Assembly (NCBI GenBank): GCA_035696125.1
Contig: DASRQZ010000059.1
Span: 3,340 to 67,339 of the forward strand
Source of the DNA: Polyangia bacterium
Lineage (GTDB): Bacteria; Myxococcota_A; Polyangia; Fen-1088
DNA: 64,000 bases
Reading direction: 5' to 3'
The notes under the pieces are model-generated. The model was given only the letters and a program-made list of their open reading frames with translations, was not told where the DNA came from and made no database searches. The position numbers were made by a program, and so were the translations under genes. This document shows, piece by piece, positions 11,520 to 20,738 of this stretch. How positions within the stretch are numbered: position 1 is the first letter of the stretch; the number at the start of each line of letters is the position of its first letter.

Positions 11520-12941
11520 CTACTCCGAGGTTGGCGGGCGCGTGGTGTCGGTGGCTGGCGGTATTGCCAACGCATCGTCGTCCGGGGACTGCGCCGGGGC
11601 TCCGCCGGCGCTGGCATCGGGCCCCGGCTCGGGCGCCGGCTCGGACGCGGGCTCGGGCGCCGGCGCCGGCGCCGGCTCGCTGGTCGATGTCGCGCGCGTC
11701 GCGGCGGCGGTCGCCTCGTCGAGCGCCGACAAGAGCGCATCCTCCTCGGCGGGGTCGTGCTCCGGCAACGGGCTGGCGGCGGGCATGACCGGCGGCGCCG
11801 CTGTCACCGCCCCCGCCCCCGCGCCTTCGGCGCCACCGGGCGACTCCGCGTCGACCTTGGCCTGTTCGGCGGCGCCGAGCTCGTGGAACTGCCGCAGCGT
11901 GGGCAGCTCGGTCAGGTCCTTCAGGCTGAAGGTACGCAGGAAATCGGGCGTCGTGCCGTACAGGATCGGACGTCCGACCTCTTCCTTCTTCCCGATCATG
12001 CGGATCAACGAACGATCGAGCAGGGTCTTCAACACCGGACCGCAATCGACGCCGCGTATCTCATCGATCTCGGGACGCGTGATCGGCTGTCGATAGGCCA
12101 CGATGGCCAGCGTCTCCAGCATGGCGCGCGACAGGCGCGCCGGCCGGCCAGCCACCAGCTTGGTGACCCAGACCGCGTTATCGGGGTTGGTGCGAAACTG
12201 CCAGCCGCCGGCGGTGCTGGACAGCACAATGCCGGTCCCGCGGTGGCGTCTGTGCAGCGCCTCCAGCGCGGCGGTGACCTTCTTGCCGTCGCGCTCGTTG
12301 ACCAGGCGCTTGACGTCATTGAGGGCAAGCGGACGATCGGCGGCGAACAGCAAGCTCTCGATGATGTTCTCCAGGCGCGCCAGCGAATCGACCGGCGGCT
12401 GATCGCCCTCGATGCCGTCACCGGTCGTGTGGATCGACTGCGCGGCCAGCTCGGCCATCTGTCCTTCGTCGCCGACTCGCGTGGGCTCTTCCCAGCGGTC
12501 GTGGGCGCCGCCCCCCGATCCCTCGTCGGAGGCGGGCGCGTCGACGGCGCCATCCGACCAGATCTCGATGTCGTCGTGGTCCATCGCCGGCAGCACCTGC
12601 CCCTCGGCCAGCACCGGCGGGTCCTCGCCGCTGAGGGCTTCCTCACCCAGCACGGACTCGATCGCGGCGTCGACCTCTTCCAGGGAAGCCAGCGGACCGA
12701 CCTTGCTGATGGGCGCCGGCCCCAGGCCTTCTGACTCGAAACCGGTCGGCTCGTCGGAATGAGCGTGCTCGTGCGCCGGCCGCTCGGCTGGCTCGTCGGA
12801 ATGGGCGTGCTCGTGCGCCGGCAACTCGGCCGGCTCCTCGGCGAGCTCATCGGTGGACTCCTCTACCGTCTCCTCCGCCGCAGCGGCCTGCGCGGAGTTG
12901 TGGGAATGCTCGGCACGGGCCCGCTTCTTACGTTTGCTCAT
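11520..12941 (-). CDS. scpB: Segregation and condensation protein B with long acidic low-complexity N- and C-terminal extensions
   Basis: The winged-helix core is [21 protein letters not shown]...[23 protein letters not shown]. The ATG MSKRKK is preceded by GAGGAG. The gene overlaps scpA. Confidence 0.8.
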   Translation of the reverse strand: MSKRKKRARAEHSHNSAQAAAAEETVEESTDELAEEPAELPAHEHAHSDEPAERPAHEHAHSDEPTGFESEGLGPAPISKVGPLASLEEVDAAIESVLGEEALSGEDPPVLAEGQVLPAMDHDDIEIWSDGAVDAPASDEGSGGGAHDRWEEPTRVGDEGQMAELAAQSIHTTGDGIEGDQPPVDSLARLENIIESLLFAADRPLALNDVKRLVNERDGKKVTAALEALHRRHRGTGIVLSSTAGGWQFRTNPDNAVWVTKLVAGRPARLSRAMLETLAIVAYRQPITRPEIDEIRGVDCGPVLKTLLDRSLIRMIGKKEEVGRPILYGTTPDFLRTFSLKDLTELPTLRQFHELGAAEQAKVDAESPGGAEGAGAGAVTAAPPVMPAASPLPEHDPAEEDALLSALDEATAAATRATSTSEPAPAPAPEPASEPAPEPGPDASAGGAPAQSPDDDALAIPPATDTTRPPTSE

Positions 12942-13935
12942 GGTCTCCTCGGGTCCGGGCTGCGCTATCCGCATCGGCGGGAGCGATGTCGTCGGCGTCG
13001 CCCTCGCCGTCACCGTCGCCGTCGGCGTGGGCGTGGGCGGCGATTCCGTCCGCGGGGGTACCTGCATCTGCGCCAGCGTCTGCGTCTCCGCCAGCGATGC
13101 CAGGACTGCCAGGCGCCGTGACCTCCTCCCCCAGCGCGGAGGTCACCTCGACCTTGCGCGCCTCGGCCAACCGCGAGCCCGAGACCTGGCTGATGAACAA
13201 TGTCTCGCCGTCAGGGGACTGGAGAACCCGCACCACCTTCAGGCGCGCCAGCTCCAGCACGGCCAGCAGGGTCACGACCAGCTGGCTGCGCAGCTCGGCC
13301 TCGGGCTGCGACAGGTCGAAGCAGGCGTCGAAGCGGAACGAGCCTCCGCCCGCCTCGATACGATCGATGAGCTGGTTGATGCGCTCACTGATCGAGACCC
13401 GGTCGACGACCACGTCGTGGGTCAGCTTCTTGCCGGCCTTCTCCAGTAACTTGCCGAATGAATCGATGAGCTTCCAGACCGAGTGCTCGGCCAGCGGCGC
13501 CAGCTCGCCGCTGCCCTCGATCTCGCTGCCGCGCAGGAAGACGTTGCGGCCTTCGATCGGCCGCGCCGCCAGCTTCTCGGCGGCGTCCTTGTACTTCTGG
13601 TACTCGAGCAGCCGGCGGATCAGCTCCGCGCGCGGATCGAGCGCCTCTTCTTCCTCCTCGCCCACCACCTCCAGCGGCTCGGGCGAGGGCACCAGCTCGC
13701 GCGACTTGAGATAGGCCAGGGTCGCGGCCATCACCAGGTAGTCGGCCGCCAGGTCCACCGGCATGGTCTGCATCACCTCGAGGTACTCCAGGTATTTCTC
13801 GGTGATGAAGGCGATCGGGATGTTGACGATCTCGATCTCGTGCGTCTTGCACAGGTGGAGCAGCAGATCCAGGGGACCCTCGAACTCGGGGAGCGCGACT
13901 CGATAGGGAATGTTGCCGGTCTCGGGCATCATCCC
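12928..13935 (-). CDS. scpA: Segregation and condensation protein A
   Basis: [30 protein letters not shown] is the ScpA signature. The start MMPETG makes an ATGA overlap with the stop of the upstream S2P gene. Confidence 0.8.
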   Translation of the reverse strand, partial: GMMPETGNIPYRVALPEFEGPLDLLLHLCKTHEIEIVNIPIAFITEKYLEYLEVMQTMPVDLAADYLVMAATLAYLKSRELVPSPEPLEVVGEEEEEALDPRAELIRRLLEYQKYKDAAEKLAARPIEGRNVFLRGSEIEGSGELAPLAEHSVWKLIDSFGKLLEKAGKKLTHDVVVDRVSISERINQLIDRIEAGGGSFRFDACFDLSQPEAELRSQLVVTLLAVLELARLKVVRVLQSPDGETLFISQVSGSRLAEARKVEVTSALGEEVTAPGSPGIAGGDADAGADAGTPADGIAAHAHADGDGDGEGDADDIAPADADSAARTRGDHEQT

Positions 13936-14597
13936 GCCATCAGCCTGGTCACCACGTCTCCCCACAACGCCGCCAGGTGATAGGCGGGCCGCAGCACGAA
14001 CTTGAGCACGCCGGACAGCAGCAACGCGAAGAACACCAGCATGCCGTAACGCTGCAGGAAGGCCGGGATGAACTGCAGGCTGTCCGGGAGCAGCCCGGCC
14101 AGCACCGAGCCGCCGTCGAGCGGCGGCACCGGCAGCAGGTTGAAGAACATCAGCATGATGTTGAGCTTGAGGAAAAAGTCGACCGCCGCCTGCGCGATGC
14201 CCTCCGAAAGGATCCCGGTCCGGCCCACCACAATCAGCACCAGCGAGATGGCCAGCGCCAGCACCAGGTTCATGAACGGTCCCATTAAGGCCACGAGCAT
14301 ATGGCCCGTGCGGGGCGACAGGCGGGTATACCCCTTGGGGTTGGTTTGCACCGGCTTGCCCCAGGCCAGCAGCGGGAATCCCCCGGGCGCGAAGACCGCC
14401 AGCAGTGGCATGAGCAGCGTCCCGATGGGATCGATGTGCGCCATCGGCGACAGCGTCAACCGGCCCTGCTGCGCGGGCAAGCGATCGCCCAGGCGGTTGG
14501 CCATCCAGGCATGCCCGAACTCGTGCACCGTGATCGACAAGACGAACGCGATCAGCGAAACAATCGCCGTTCGAACCTGTTCCGCAGAGATGTCCAT
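13929..14597 (-). CDS. Site-2 protease family (peptidase M50) zinc metalloprotease
   Basis: The HEFGHAW zinc motif is present with multiple TM helices. The start at MDIS is preceded by GGAGGA. Confidence 0.75.
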   Translation of the reverse strand: MDISAEQVRTAIVSLIAFVLSITVHEFGHAWMANRLGDRLPAQQGRLTLSPMAHIDPIGTLLMPLLAVFAPGGFPLLAWGKPVQTNPKGYTRLSPRTGHMLVALMGPFMNLVLALAISLVLIVVGRTGILSEGIAQAAVDFFLKLNIMLMFFNLLPVPPLDGGSVLAGLLPDSLQFIPAFLQRYGMLVFFALLLSGVLKFVLRPAYHLAALWGDVVTRLMAG

Positions 14598-14704
14598 GGC
14601 GGGCCGTCCTCCGTATATCTGACCGGTTCCGGGCCGGTCAATCAGTGTAGCGTCTAATCCGACCCTCAGAGGGTTCCGGACCTCCCGCGCAGGCGAGGCC
14701 GGGG

Positions 14705-15613
14705 TCAAGCGCGCGGGTGGAATCGGTCGTAGACGGTGCGCAGGTGTTTGCGCGACAGATGCGTGTAGATCTCGGTGGGTCCGATGTCGGCGTGGCCCAA
14801 CATCGCCTGCACGGCGCGCAGGTCGGCGCCGCGCTCGACCAGGTGGGTCGCAAAGGAATGGCGCAGCTTGTGAGGCGAGATTCGCTTGTGGATTCCGGCT
14901 GCGATCGCGTGCCGGCCCAGCAGCTTCCAGAACGATTGCCGGGTCATGGCCCGCCCGTGCCGGGCCAGGAACAGCGCGGGCGAGGCGCGTCCGCCCGCCA
15001 GCGCGGGGCGCCCGGTCTCGATGTACGCGCGCAGCCCGGCCAGAGCCACCTCGCCGATGGGCACCAGGCGCTGCTTGCGCCCCTTGCCGAAGGCCATCAG
15101 GTAGCCCGCGTCGAAGTTGACGTCGCTGAGGCGCAGGCGCACCAACTCGGACACCCGGAGCCCGGTCGCGTACAGCGTCTCCAGCATGGCGGCGTCGCGC
15201 GCGCCGCGCGGCGTGGCGCGGTCCGGTGTCGCCAGCAGCCGGTCGACCTCTTCGACGCTGAGGAAGTCCGGCAGCCGGCGCCCGAACCGCGGCAGGTCGA
15301 TCTCCTCGGTTGGATCGAGGGCGGCGCCGTGCTCGGCCTTGAGGAAGCGGAAGAACTGGCGCAGCGTGATCAGCCGCCGCGCCTGCGATCGCGCCGACAG
15401 CTTGCGCTCGGTCAGCCGCGCCAGATAGTCGAGCACGTCGATCGAACGTACCCCCGCCGCGTCGTCGAGCGCGGCGCCGCCGCGGCCCGCAATGAACTTC
15501 GAGAAGTCGGCCAGATCGCTGCCGTAGGCGCTGACCGTCGCCGGAGCCAGCTCGCGCTCGACCTTGAGGTGATCGAGAAACTGCTGAATCACCGCGTCAA
15601 GCGCCAGCGCCAT
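14705..15613 (-). CDS. xerD: Site-specific tyrosine recombinase XerD
   Basis: The HKLRHSFATHL (HxxR) box and the LGHADIGPTEIYTHL catalytic Tyr box are present. Conserved xerD-scpAB-rluB synteny supports the call. Confidence 0.85.
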   Translation of the reverse strand: MALALDAVIQQFLDHLKVERELAPATVSAYGSDLADFSKFIAGRGGAALDDAAGVRSIDVLDYLARLTERKLSARSQARRLITLRQFFRFLKAEHGAALDPTEEIDLPRFGRRLPDFLSVEEVDRLLATPDRATPRGARDAAMLETLYATGLRVSELVRLRLSDVNFDAGYLMAFGKGRKQRLVPIGEVALAGLRAYIETGRPALAGGRASPALFLARHGRAMTRQSFWKLLGRHAIAAGIHKRISPHKLRHSFATHLVERGADLRAVQAMLGHADIGPTEIYTHLSRKHLRTVYDRFHPRA

Positions 15614-15720
15614 CGGGTCATTCTCGTCGCCGCGGGTGCCACCGGCAAATTACCGGCTGTTCGCGGATTGGCGGTCGGCTCTTGCAAGGCTTGCCCTCAC
15701 CCTAACCCTCTCCCGCGGAG

Positions 15721-17271
15721 GCTCGCCATTAGTCACGGGCGAGGGCCTCCAAGGCTCGGGCGGCGGCGCGGACTTCCTTGAGACCGCGGGCGAGGGTGAT
15801 GCTCCCAGGCGGTCCGCCGCTTGATGTCTTGCCGGTGTAGCCACCGAGGTAGGCGATCCAGAGGGTCACATGTGCCAGGGTGGGGACGGCTGCGAGAGCA
15901 GCCTTTCTTTTTGCGGACTTGCCAAAGTAAAGCAGGGCTGCGGCCTTGATCTCGACAGGGCTGAATTCGTCGGTCGCGGGAAGATCTGGTTTTGCCCGGG
16001 AAAGTTGTTTGATGCGTTCGATTCTGACGGCCACGGCTATGAGAATAGTGGCCCACTTGATGACCGCGCTAGCTGACCGAAGTTGATTTTCCTCGACGCC
16101 GCAGGCTCCTGATTTCCAGGTCCGATGCAGCTCCTCGATCCGCCAGCGCATCGAGTATGCCCAGATGACGTCGGTGAGGTCCTTGATGGTCTTGATCGGT
16201 CGATTCGTGAGCAGGGTCCACTCAATCGGCTTTTCCCCGGCTGGAGTGGTTCCGCACTCCACGGCCTGAACCGCGTTGAGCTCGATCCCAGACCGCTTGC
16301 CGGTGCGTTTGTCGCGGACATCGAGAATCACCTTGCAGGCGCGAATCTCCATAATCGCGGTTCGTGCCTGCCGGCGCGTACCAGCTCTCACCTCCAGCGA
16401 GTACTTGATCTTCACTTCCTCCTGCGCCAGTACCGTGTGCAGATCCGACCGGCCGCTCGGCTGTAGTACGCGCCGTCGGTGAGATGCTCGAATCGTGAAC
16501 CAATGTCCGTCCAGCCCGGCTTGGACGGCGTCGCTCAGTATCGGCCAGGCGTCACCCTCGCGATCGAGTTGGAACCAGCAGCGCGTCGACGGAGCGCAAG
16601 TCGCCATCACCTCCCGGGTCTCGTCCATCGCGGCGAGCCAATGCTGCGTCTCTTTCTCATCAGGGCGAAGCTGATCTCGATTTTGGCTCCGACGCGTATC
16701 GGAACGCGCCCACCATCGCTGCGAGCTGATTCCTATTGGCACCCCGTCGGCCGACAACACCATGGCATTCATGACCTTGAGTCCTCGTCCCCCTTCCGCC
16801 CGTGAGCCGATTGGGCCGAAGCCCTTGCTCCTGTCACCGTCGGTCAGGGTTAGGCTGGTCCCATCGATCGGACAAAGGACATAGGGCTCGCCAGCACAGC
16901 GCCGAGCGCACGCCTCGAATATCGCCTTCCCTATCTCATCGCTTCCAACAGCATCCGACTCGAGCAGCCCGTAGGTACCCTGCCGATCGGCACTGCTGAT
17001 GAACGTCTCGGTGACCCGGCCTGCTGGTCGCCGTGCGGCCTGCGCCCCCATCAAGATCAGCCGAGGACGCCAACGTGGGTCCTTGAACCGCGCTCCACGA
17101 AACTCCTCAACTGCCCATGCGCTCGCACTTGCTTCCCTCATGCACCTAAATGCCCGTCAATTCCTCGGTCCCTGTGGATAACTCAAAAAATCTCCTCTTA
17201 CGTGAGCCCGAAATACCCTATGAATCCGGCCTTCTTGAGAAAGGCTAAGATCAATGGCGAGCGTCCGCGGG
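15721..17271. mobile_element. IS4-family insertion sequence (~1.55 kb) inserted at the centre of a REP palindrome
   Basis: It is a lower-GC island. The terminal inverted repeats are GGCTCGCCATTAGTC (left) and GATCAATGGCGAGCG (right). It holds a single transposase ORF. The flanks ...CCCTCTCCCGCGGA and CGTCCGCGGGAGAGGGCC re-form a perfect REP palindrome if the IS is removed. Confidence 0.8.
15729..17141 (-). CDS. IS4-family DDE transposase (Tn5/IS50-like)
   Basis: YSMRWRIEELHRTWKSGACGVE resembles the Tn5 Tnp YREK region. The ~470 aa length fits, and codon usage is atypical for the surroundings. Confidence 0.85.
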   Translation of the reverse strand: MREASASAWAVEEFRGARFKDPRWRPRLILMGAQAARRPAGRVTETFISSADRQGTYGLLESDAVGSDEIGKAIFEACARRCAGEPYVLCPIDGTSLTLTDGDRSKGFGPIGSRAEGGRGLKVMNAMVLSADGVPIGISSQRWWARSDTRRSQNRDQLRPDEKETQHWLAAMDETREVMATCAPSTRCWFQLDREGDAWPILSDAVQAGLDGHWFTIRASHRRRVLQPSGRSDLHTVLAQEEVKIKYSLEVRAGTRRQARTAIMEIRACKVILDVRDKRTGKRSGIELNAVQAVECGTTPAGEKPIEWTLLTNRPIKTIKDLTDVIWAYSMRWRIEELHRTWKSGACGVEENQLRSASAVIKWATILIAVAVRIERIKQLSRAKPDLPATDEFSPVEIKAAALLYFGKSAKRKAALAAVPTLAHVTLWIAYLGGYTGKTSSGGPPGSITLARGLKEVRAAARALEALARD

Positions 17272-17320
17272 AGAGGGCCGGGGAGAGGGCAGGCCTTGCG
17301 GAGTGATCGCGCGCCCGGCA

Positions 17321-19225
17321 CTAGTCCTCGCCGCGGCCGGTGTACAGGCTGTCGATCACCGACTGATAGCGCTCGATGACCACCTTGCGCTTCACCTTCA
17401 AGCTGGGCGTCAATTCGCCGGTGGCCTCGGTAAAGTCGTTGGGCAGCACCGCGAACCTCTTGATCGTCTCGTAGGAGGCGAGCTTGGAGTTGAGCTGATC
17501 GATGTCTTTCTTCAGCAGCGCGCGCAGCTCGGGTGAGTCCGAGGCGGGGGTGCCGTTGCTGGCGAAGCGTTTGGCCGCGTCCTCGGACAGCGTCAGCAAG
17601 GCCACGCAGTACGGGCGCCGGTCTCCGTAGACCAGCACCTGGCTGACAAGCGGAGACTGGATCTTGATGGCGTTCTCCAGCGGCTGCGGCGCCACCTTCT
17701 TTCCGCCCGCGGTGACGATCAGGTCCTTCTTGCGGTCGGTGATACGCAGGAAGCCGTCCTCGAGGTTGCCGATGTCGCCCGAGTGGAACCAGCCGTCGGG
17801 CTCGACCGCCTCCTTGGTCGCCTGGGGGTTGTTGTAGTACTGCCGGAACACGGACGGCCCGCGCATCAGGATCTCGCCATCGTCGGCGATCCTGACCTCG
17901 ACCACGTCCAGCGCCGGCCCGACGGTACCGAAGCGAAAGCGATGCATGCGGTTGAAGAAGGCGGCGGCGACGGTCTCGGTCAGCCCGTAACCCTCGAGGA
18001 TCAGCAAGCCCACGGAATGGAAGAACTCGGCGATGTCGGGCGCCAGCGGCGCGCCACCCGACACCAGGAAGCGGCAGCGATCCAGGCCCAGGCGCGCGCG
18101 CAGCTTGCTGAAGACGAGCTTGTTGGCCAGGGCGTGGCGCATCCCCAGCCAGGGGCCCAGCGACTTGCCGACGCGCTTGCGCAGCGACGCCGCGCGCCCG
18201 ACGCCCAGCGCCCAGCGGATGAGCGCGCGCTTGGCGGGCGAGCCCTGCGCCATACCGGCGGTCACGCCGGCATAGAACTTCTCGTAGATGCGCGGCACGC
18301 TGGCCATGAAGGTCGGCCGCACTTCGACCAGGTTGTCCTTGATCTTGGCGATCCCCTCGGAGAACCAGGTGGCGCAGCCGGCGCGGATGGGCGCCCAGGC
18401 GATCTCGCGCCCCAGCACGTGCGCCAGCGGCACGAACAGGTACTGCTGATCGGTCTCGAGGATGTCGATGGCCCGCACGGCGCTGCACACTCCCGCGGCC
18501 AGATTCTGGTGGGTCAGCACCACGCCCTTTGGCGTGCCGGTGGTCCCCGAGGTGTAGATGATCGTGAACATCGAATCCGGTGTCGCCGACGAAGAATGCG
18601 ACTCCAGCGCGCCCGGGTGCTTGCCGACCCAGGTCACGCCGGCGGCGCGCAGGTCGTCGAGCGAGAGCAGAAAGTCGGCGGCTCCCTGCGAGGCCTCGGC
18701 CAGCGTCACCTGGGTGCGCCCACGGGCGTCGGGCTTCTCCAGGGTCGCATCGCCGCCGATGTGAATCAGGCGGGTGACCGTGAACAGGCGGTGGCGCATG
18801 GGCACCAGCTTCGCCAGCTGGGACGCGTCCTCGACGATCACCAGCTTGGCGCCCGCGTCGCGGATGATGAACTCGCTCTGCTCGGGTGTGCTCTGGGGAT
18901 AGATCGGGACCGTGACGGCACCGGCCAACAGGATTCCCACGTCGGCCAGGACCCACTCGAGGCGGGTCTGCGACACCAGGCACACCCGATCGCCCGGCGT
19001 CACGCCCAGCGACACCAGCCCGGCTGCGATCTCCTGCGCGGCGCGATCGGCTTCGCCCCAGGTCATCGACGCCCATTCGGTGCCACGCCTGAAGCGAAAG
19101 GCGACGCGATCGGGCGTCGCCTGGATGCGCTCCTTCCACAACGCGACCGCGGTGCGCGGCTCGTCCTTACCTGGCTCCACGCCAAGGTCCATACGACGTT
19201 CGGGGGTCGCCGAGGCAGCGCTCAT
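17321..19225 (-). CDS. Long-chain fatty-acid--CoA ligase (AMP-dependent synthetase)
   Basis: IYTSGTTGTPKGVVLTHQNL is the AMP-binding motif. The start MSAASA has AT-rich sequence (TATACT) just upstream. Confidence 0.85.
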   Translation of the reverse strand: MSAASATPERRMDLGVEPGKDEPRTAVALWKERIQATPDRVAFRFRRGTEWASMTWGEADRAAQEIAAGLVSLGVTPGDRVCLVSQTRLEWVLADVGILLAGAVTVPIYPQSTPEQSEFIIRDAGAKLVIVEDASQLAKLVPMRHRLFTVTRLIHIGGDATLEKPDARGRTQVTLAEASQGAADFLLSLDDLRAAGVTWVGKHPGALESHSSSATPDSMFTIIYTSGTTGTPKGVVLTHQNLAAGVCSAVRAIDILETDQQYLFVPLAHVLGREIAWAPIRAGCATWFSEGIAKIKDNLVEVRPTFMASVPRIYEKFYAGVTAGMAQGSPAKRALIRWALGVGRAASLRKRVGKSLGPWLGMRHALANKLVFSKLRARLGLDRCRFLVSGGAPLAPDIAEFFHSVGLLILEGYGLTETVAAAFFNRMHRFRFGTVGPALDVVEVRIADDGEILMRGPSVFRQYYNNPQATKEAVEPDGWFHSGDIGNLEDGFLRITDRKKDLIVTAGGKKVAPQPLENAIKIQSPLVSQVLVYGDRRPYCVALLTLSEDAAKRFASNGTPASDSPELRALLKKDIDQLNSKLASYETIKRFAVLPNDFTEATGELTPSLKVKRKVVIERYQSVIDSLYTGRGED

Positions 19226-19251
19226 GAAGTGAATAGTATAAAATTCCACGC

Positions 19252-20604
19252 ATGGCCGCGAAGTCTTTGCCAGCGGAGCCGCGCCGATCGCGCAGGCGCC
19301 TGGCCTTGCGCGCGCTGGCCATCGGGCTCTGTGTCGCCAAACACTGGCTGCGGTGGTGGGTGGGATGGACTGTGCTGATGCTGACATTCGCCGGGCGCCC
19401 GCGGCGAAAAGCCTTCTTCGGCGCGGTGATTCTCGATCTCTTTCGCGAGCTGGGCGCGACCTTCATCAAGGTCGGCCAGATCATGAGCACCCGCCCCGAT
19501 CTCATCCCCGACCACATCTCGCGCGCGCTCGAGCATCTACAGGACGACGTCGGGCCGTTCCCCTTCGAATCCGTCGTGCAGACCCTGGAGGCTGACTTTG
19601 GCCGCCCGATGCGCGAGCTTTTCGCCGAGTTCGCCCCGGTGCCGCTGGCCTCGGCCTCGGTGTCGCAGGTCCACAAGGCCCGCCTGCCGAACGGGCGCAT
19701 CATCGCGGTCAAGGTCCGGCGCCCCAACGTCATCGAGCTGTGCACCTTCGACCTCGCGGTCATGCGCATCGGCGCGCGCGTGCTGAACGCCATCCCTTCC
19801 ATCGCGACGCTGTCGCCGGTCGCCACCGTCGAGGAGTTCGGGCGCGCGGTGTTCGCGCAGCTGGATTTTCGCATCGAGGCGCGCAACAACCGCCGCTTCC
19901 GCGAGAACTTCCGCGGCCACCCCGACGTGGTGTTCCCGGAGATCATCGACGAGCTGTCGTCCGAGCGCGTGCTGTCGATGAGCTACGTCGAGGGGACCAA
20001 GATCCTCGCCGCGCGCACGCGCTCGGACCCCAAGCGGGTGGCGCGCCTCGGACTGCAGGCGCTGCTCAAGATGATCTTCGAGGACGGCTTCGTGCACGCC
20101 GACCTGCATCCGGGCAACATCCTCATCACCCCCAGCGACCAGATCGCGCTCCTCGACCTGGGCCTGGTGGGCGAGCTCGACGACCCGCACCGGCGCGGCT
20201 TCGCCCGCTTCTTCGCCGCCTGGGCCCAGCGAGACGGAGACACCATGGCGCGCGTCATGTACGACATGTCCGCCAACGCGCGCGCCGCCGAGGAGACCCG
20301 CGCCGGCAGCCGCGCGACGCGGCAGGGCGGCGACGCCTTCGAGCGCTACCGGGCGGCGGTCATCGAGTTCGTGGGCCGCTACTGGGGCCAGCGCCTCGGC
20401 GAGGTGCAGGTCGGCAAGGTCCTGTTCGACATGCTGTCGATCCTGCGGCGCCACCGGGTTCGGGTGAACGCGACCTTCACCATCGTGAACATCGCCATCG
20501 CGGTGACCGAAGGCATCGGCAAGCAGCTCGACCCGGAGCTGGACCTGATGGCTGAGGCCCTGCCCTACTTTCTGGCCCATCCCGTGGACGTACGCGCCCT
20601 TTGA
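19252..20604 (+). CDS. ABC1/UbiB-family atypical protein kinase
   Basis: LGATFIKVGQIMSTRPDLIP is the UbiB/AarF signature. The gene is divergent from the CoA ligase, with only ~27 nt between them. Confidence 0.8.
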   Translation: MAAKSLPAEPRRSRRRLALRALAIGLCVAKHWLRWWVGWTVLMLTFAGRPRRKAFFGAVILDLFRELGATFIKVGQIMSTRPDLIPDHISRALEHLQDDVGPFPFESVVQTLEADFGRPMRELFAEFAPVPLASASVSQVHKARLPNGRIIAVKVRRPNVIELCTFDLAVMRIGARVLNAIPSIATLSPVATVEEFGRAVFAQLDFRIEARNNRRFRENFRGHPDVVFPEIIDELSSERVLSMSYVEGTKILAARTRSDPKRVARLGLQALLKMIFEDGFVHADLHPGNILITPSDQIALLDLGLVGELDDPHRRGFARFFAAWAQRDGDTMARVMYDMSANARAAEETRAGSRATRQGGDAFERYRAAVIEFVGRYWGQRLGEVQVGKVLFDMLSILRRHRVRVNATFTIVNIAIAVTEGIGKQLDPELDLMAEALPYFLAHPVDVRAL

Positions 20605-20666
20605 ACGCAGGACCCGAAGGGTGCCGAACCTTCCCGGTCTGACATTCTCTTCCGACGACACCGCGC

Positions 20667-20695
20667 TTGCCCGGCGAGCGAAGTGCCCGTAATAT
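20667..20695 (+). promoter_or_regulatory. Candidate sigma-70-type promoter (TTGCCC-17-TAATAT) upstream of the STPK gene
   Basis: Found by eye. It is the only AT-rich hexamer in this intergenic region. Confidence 0.3.
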
Positions 20696-20738
20696 GCAGA
20701 CCTTAGCCTAGTCCTATGACACGGCCGTCGTGGTGACT

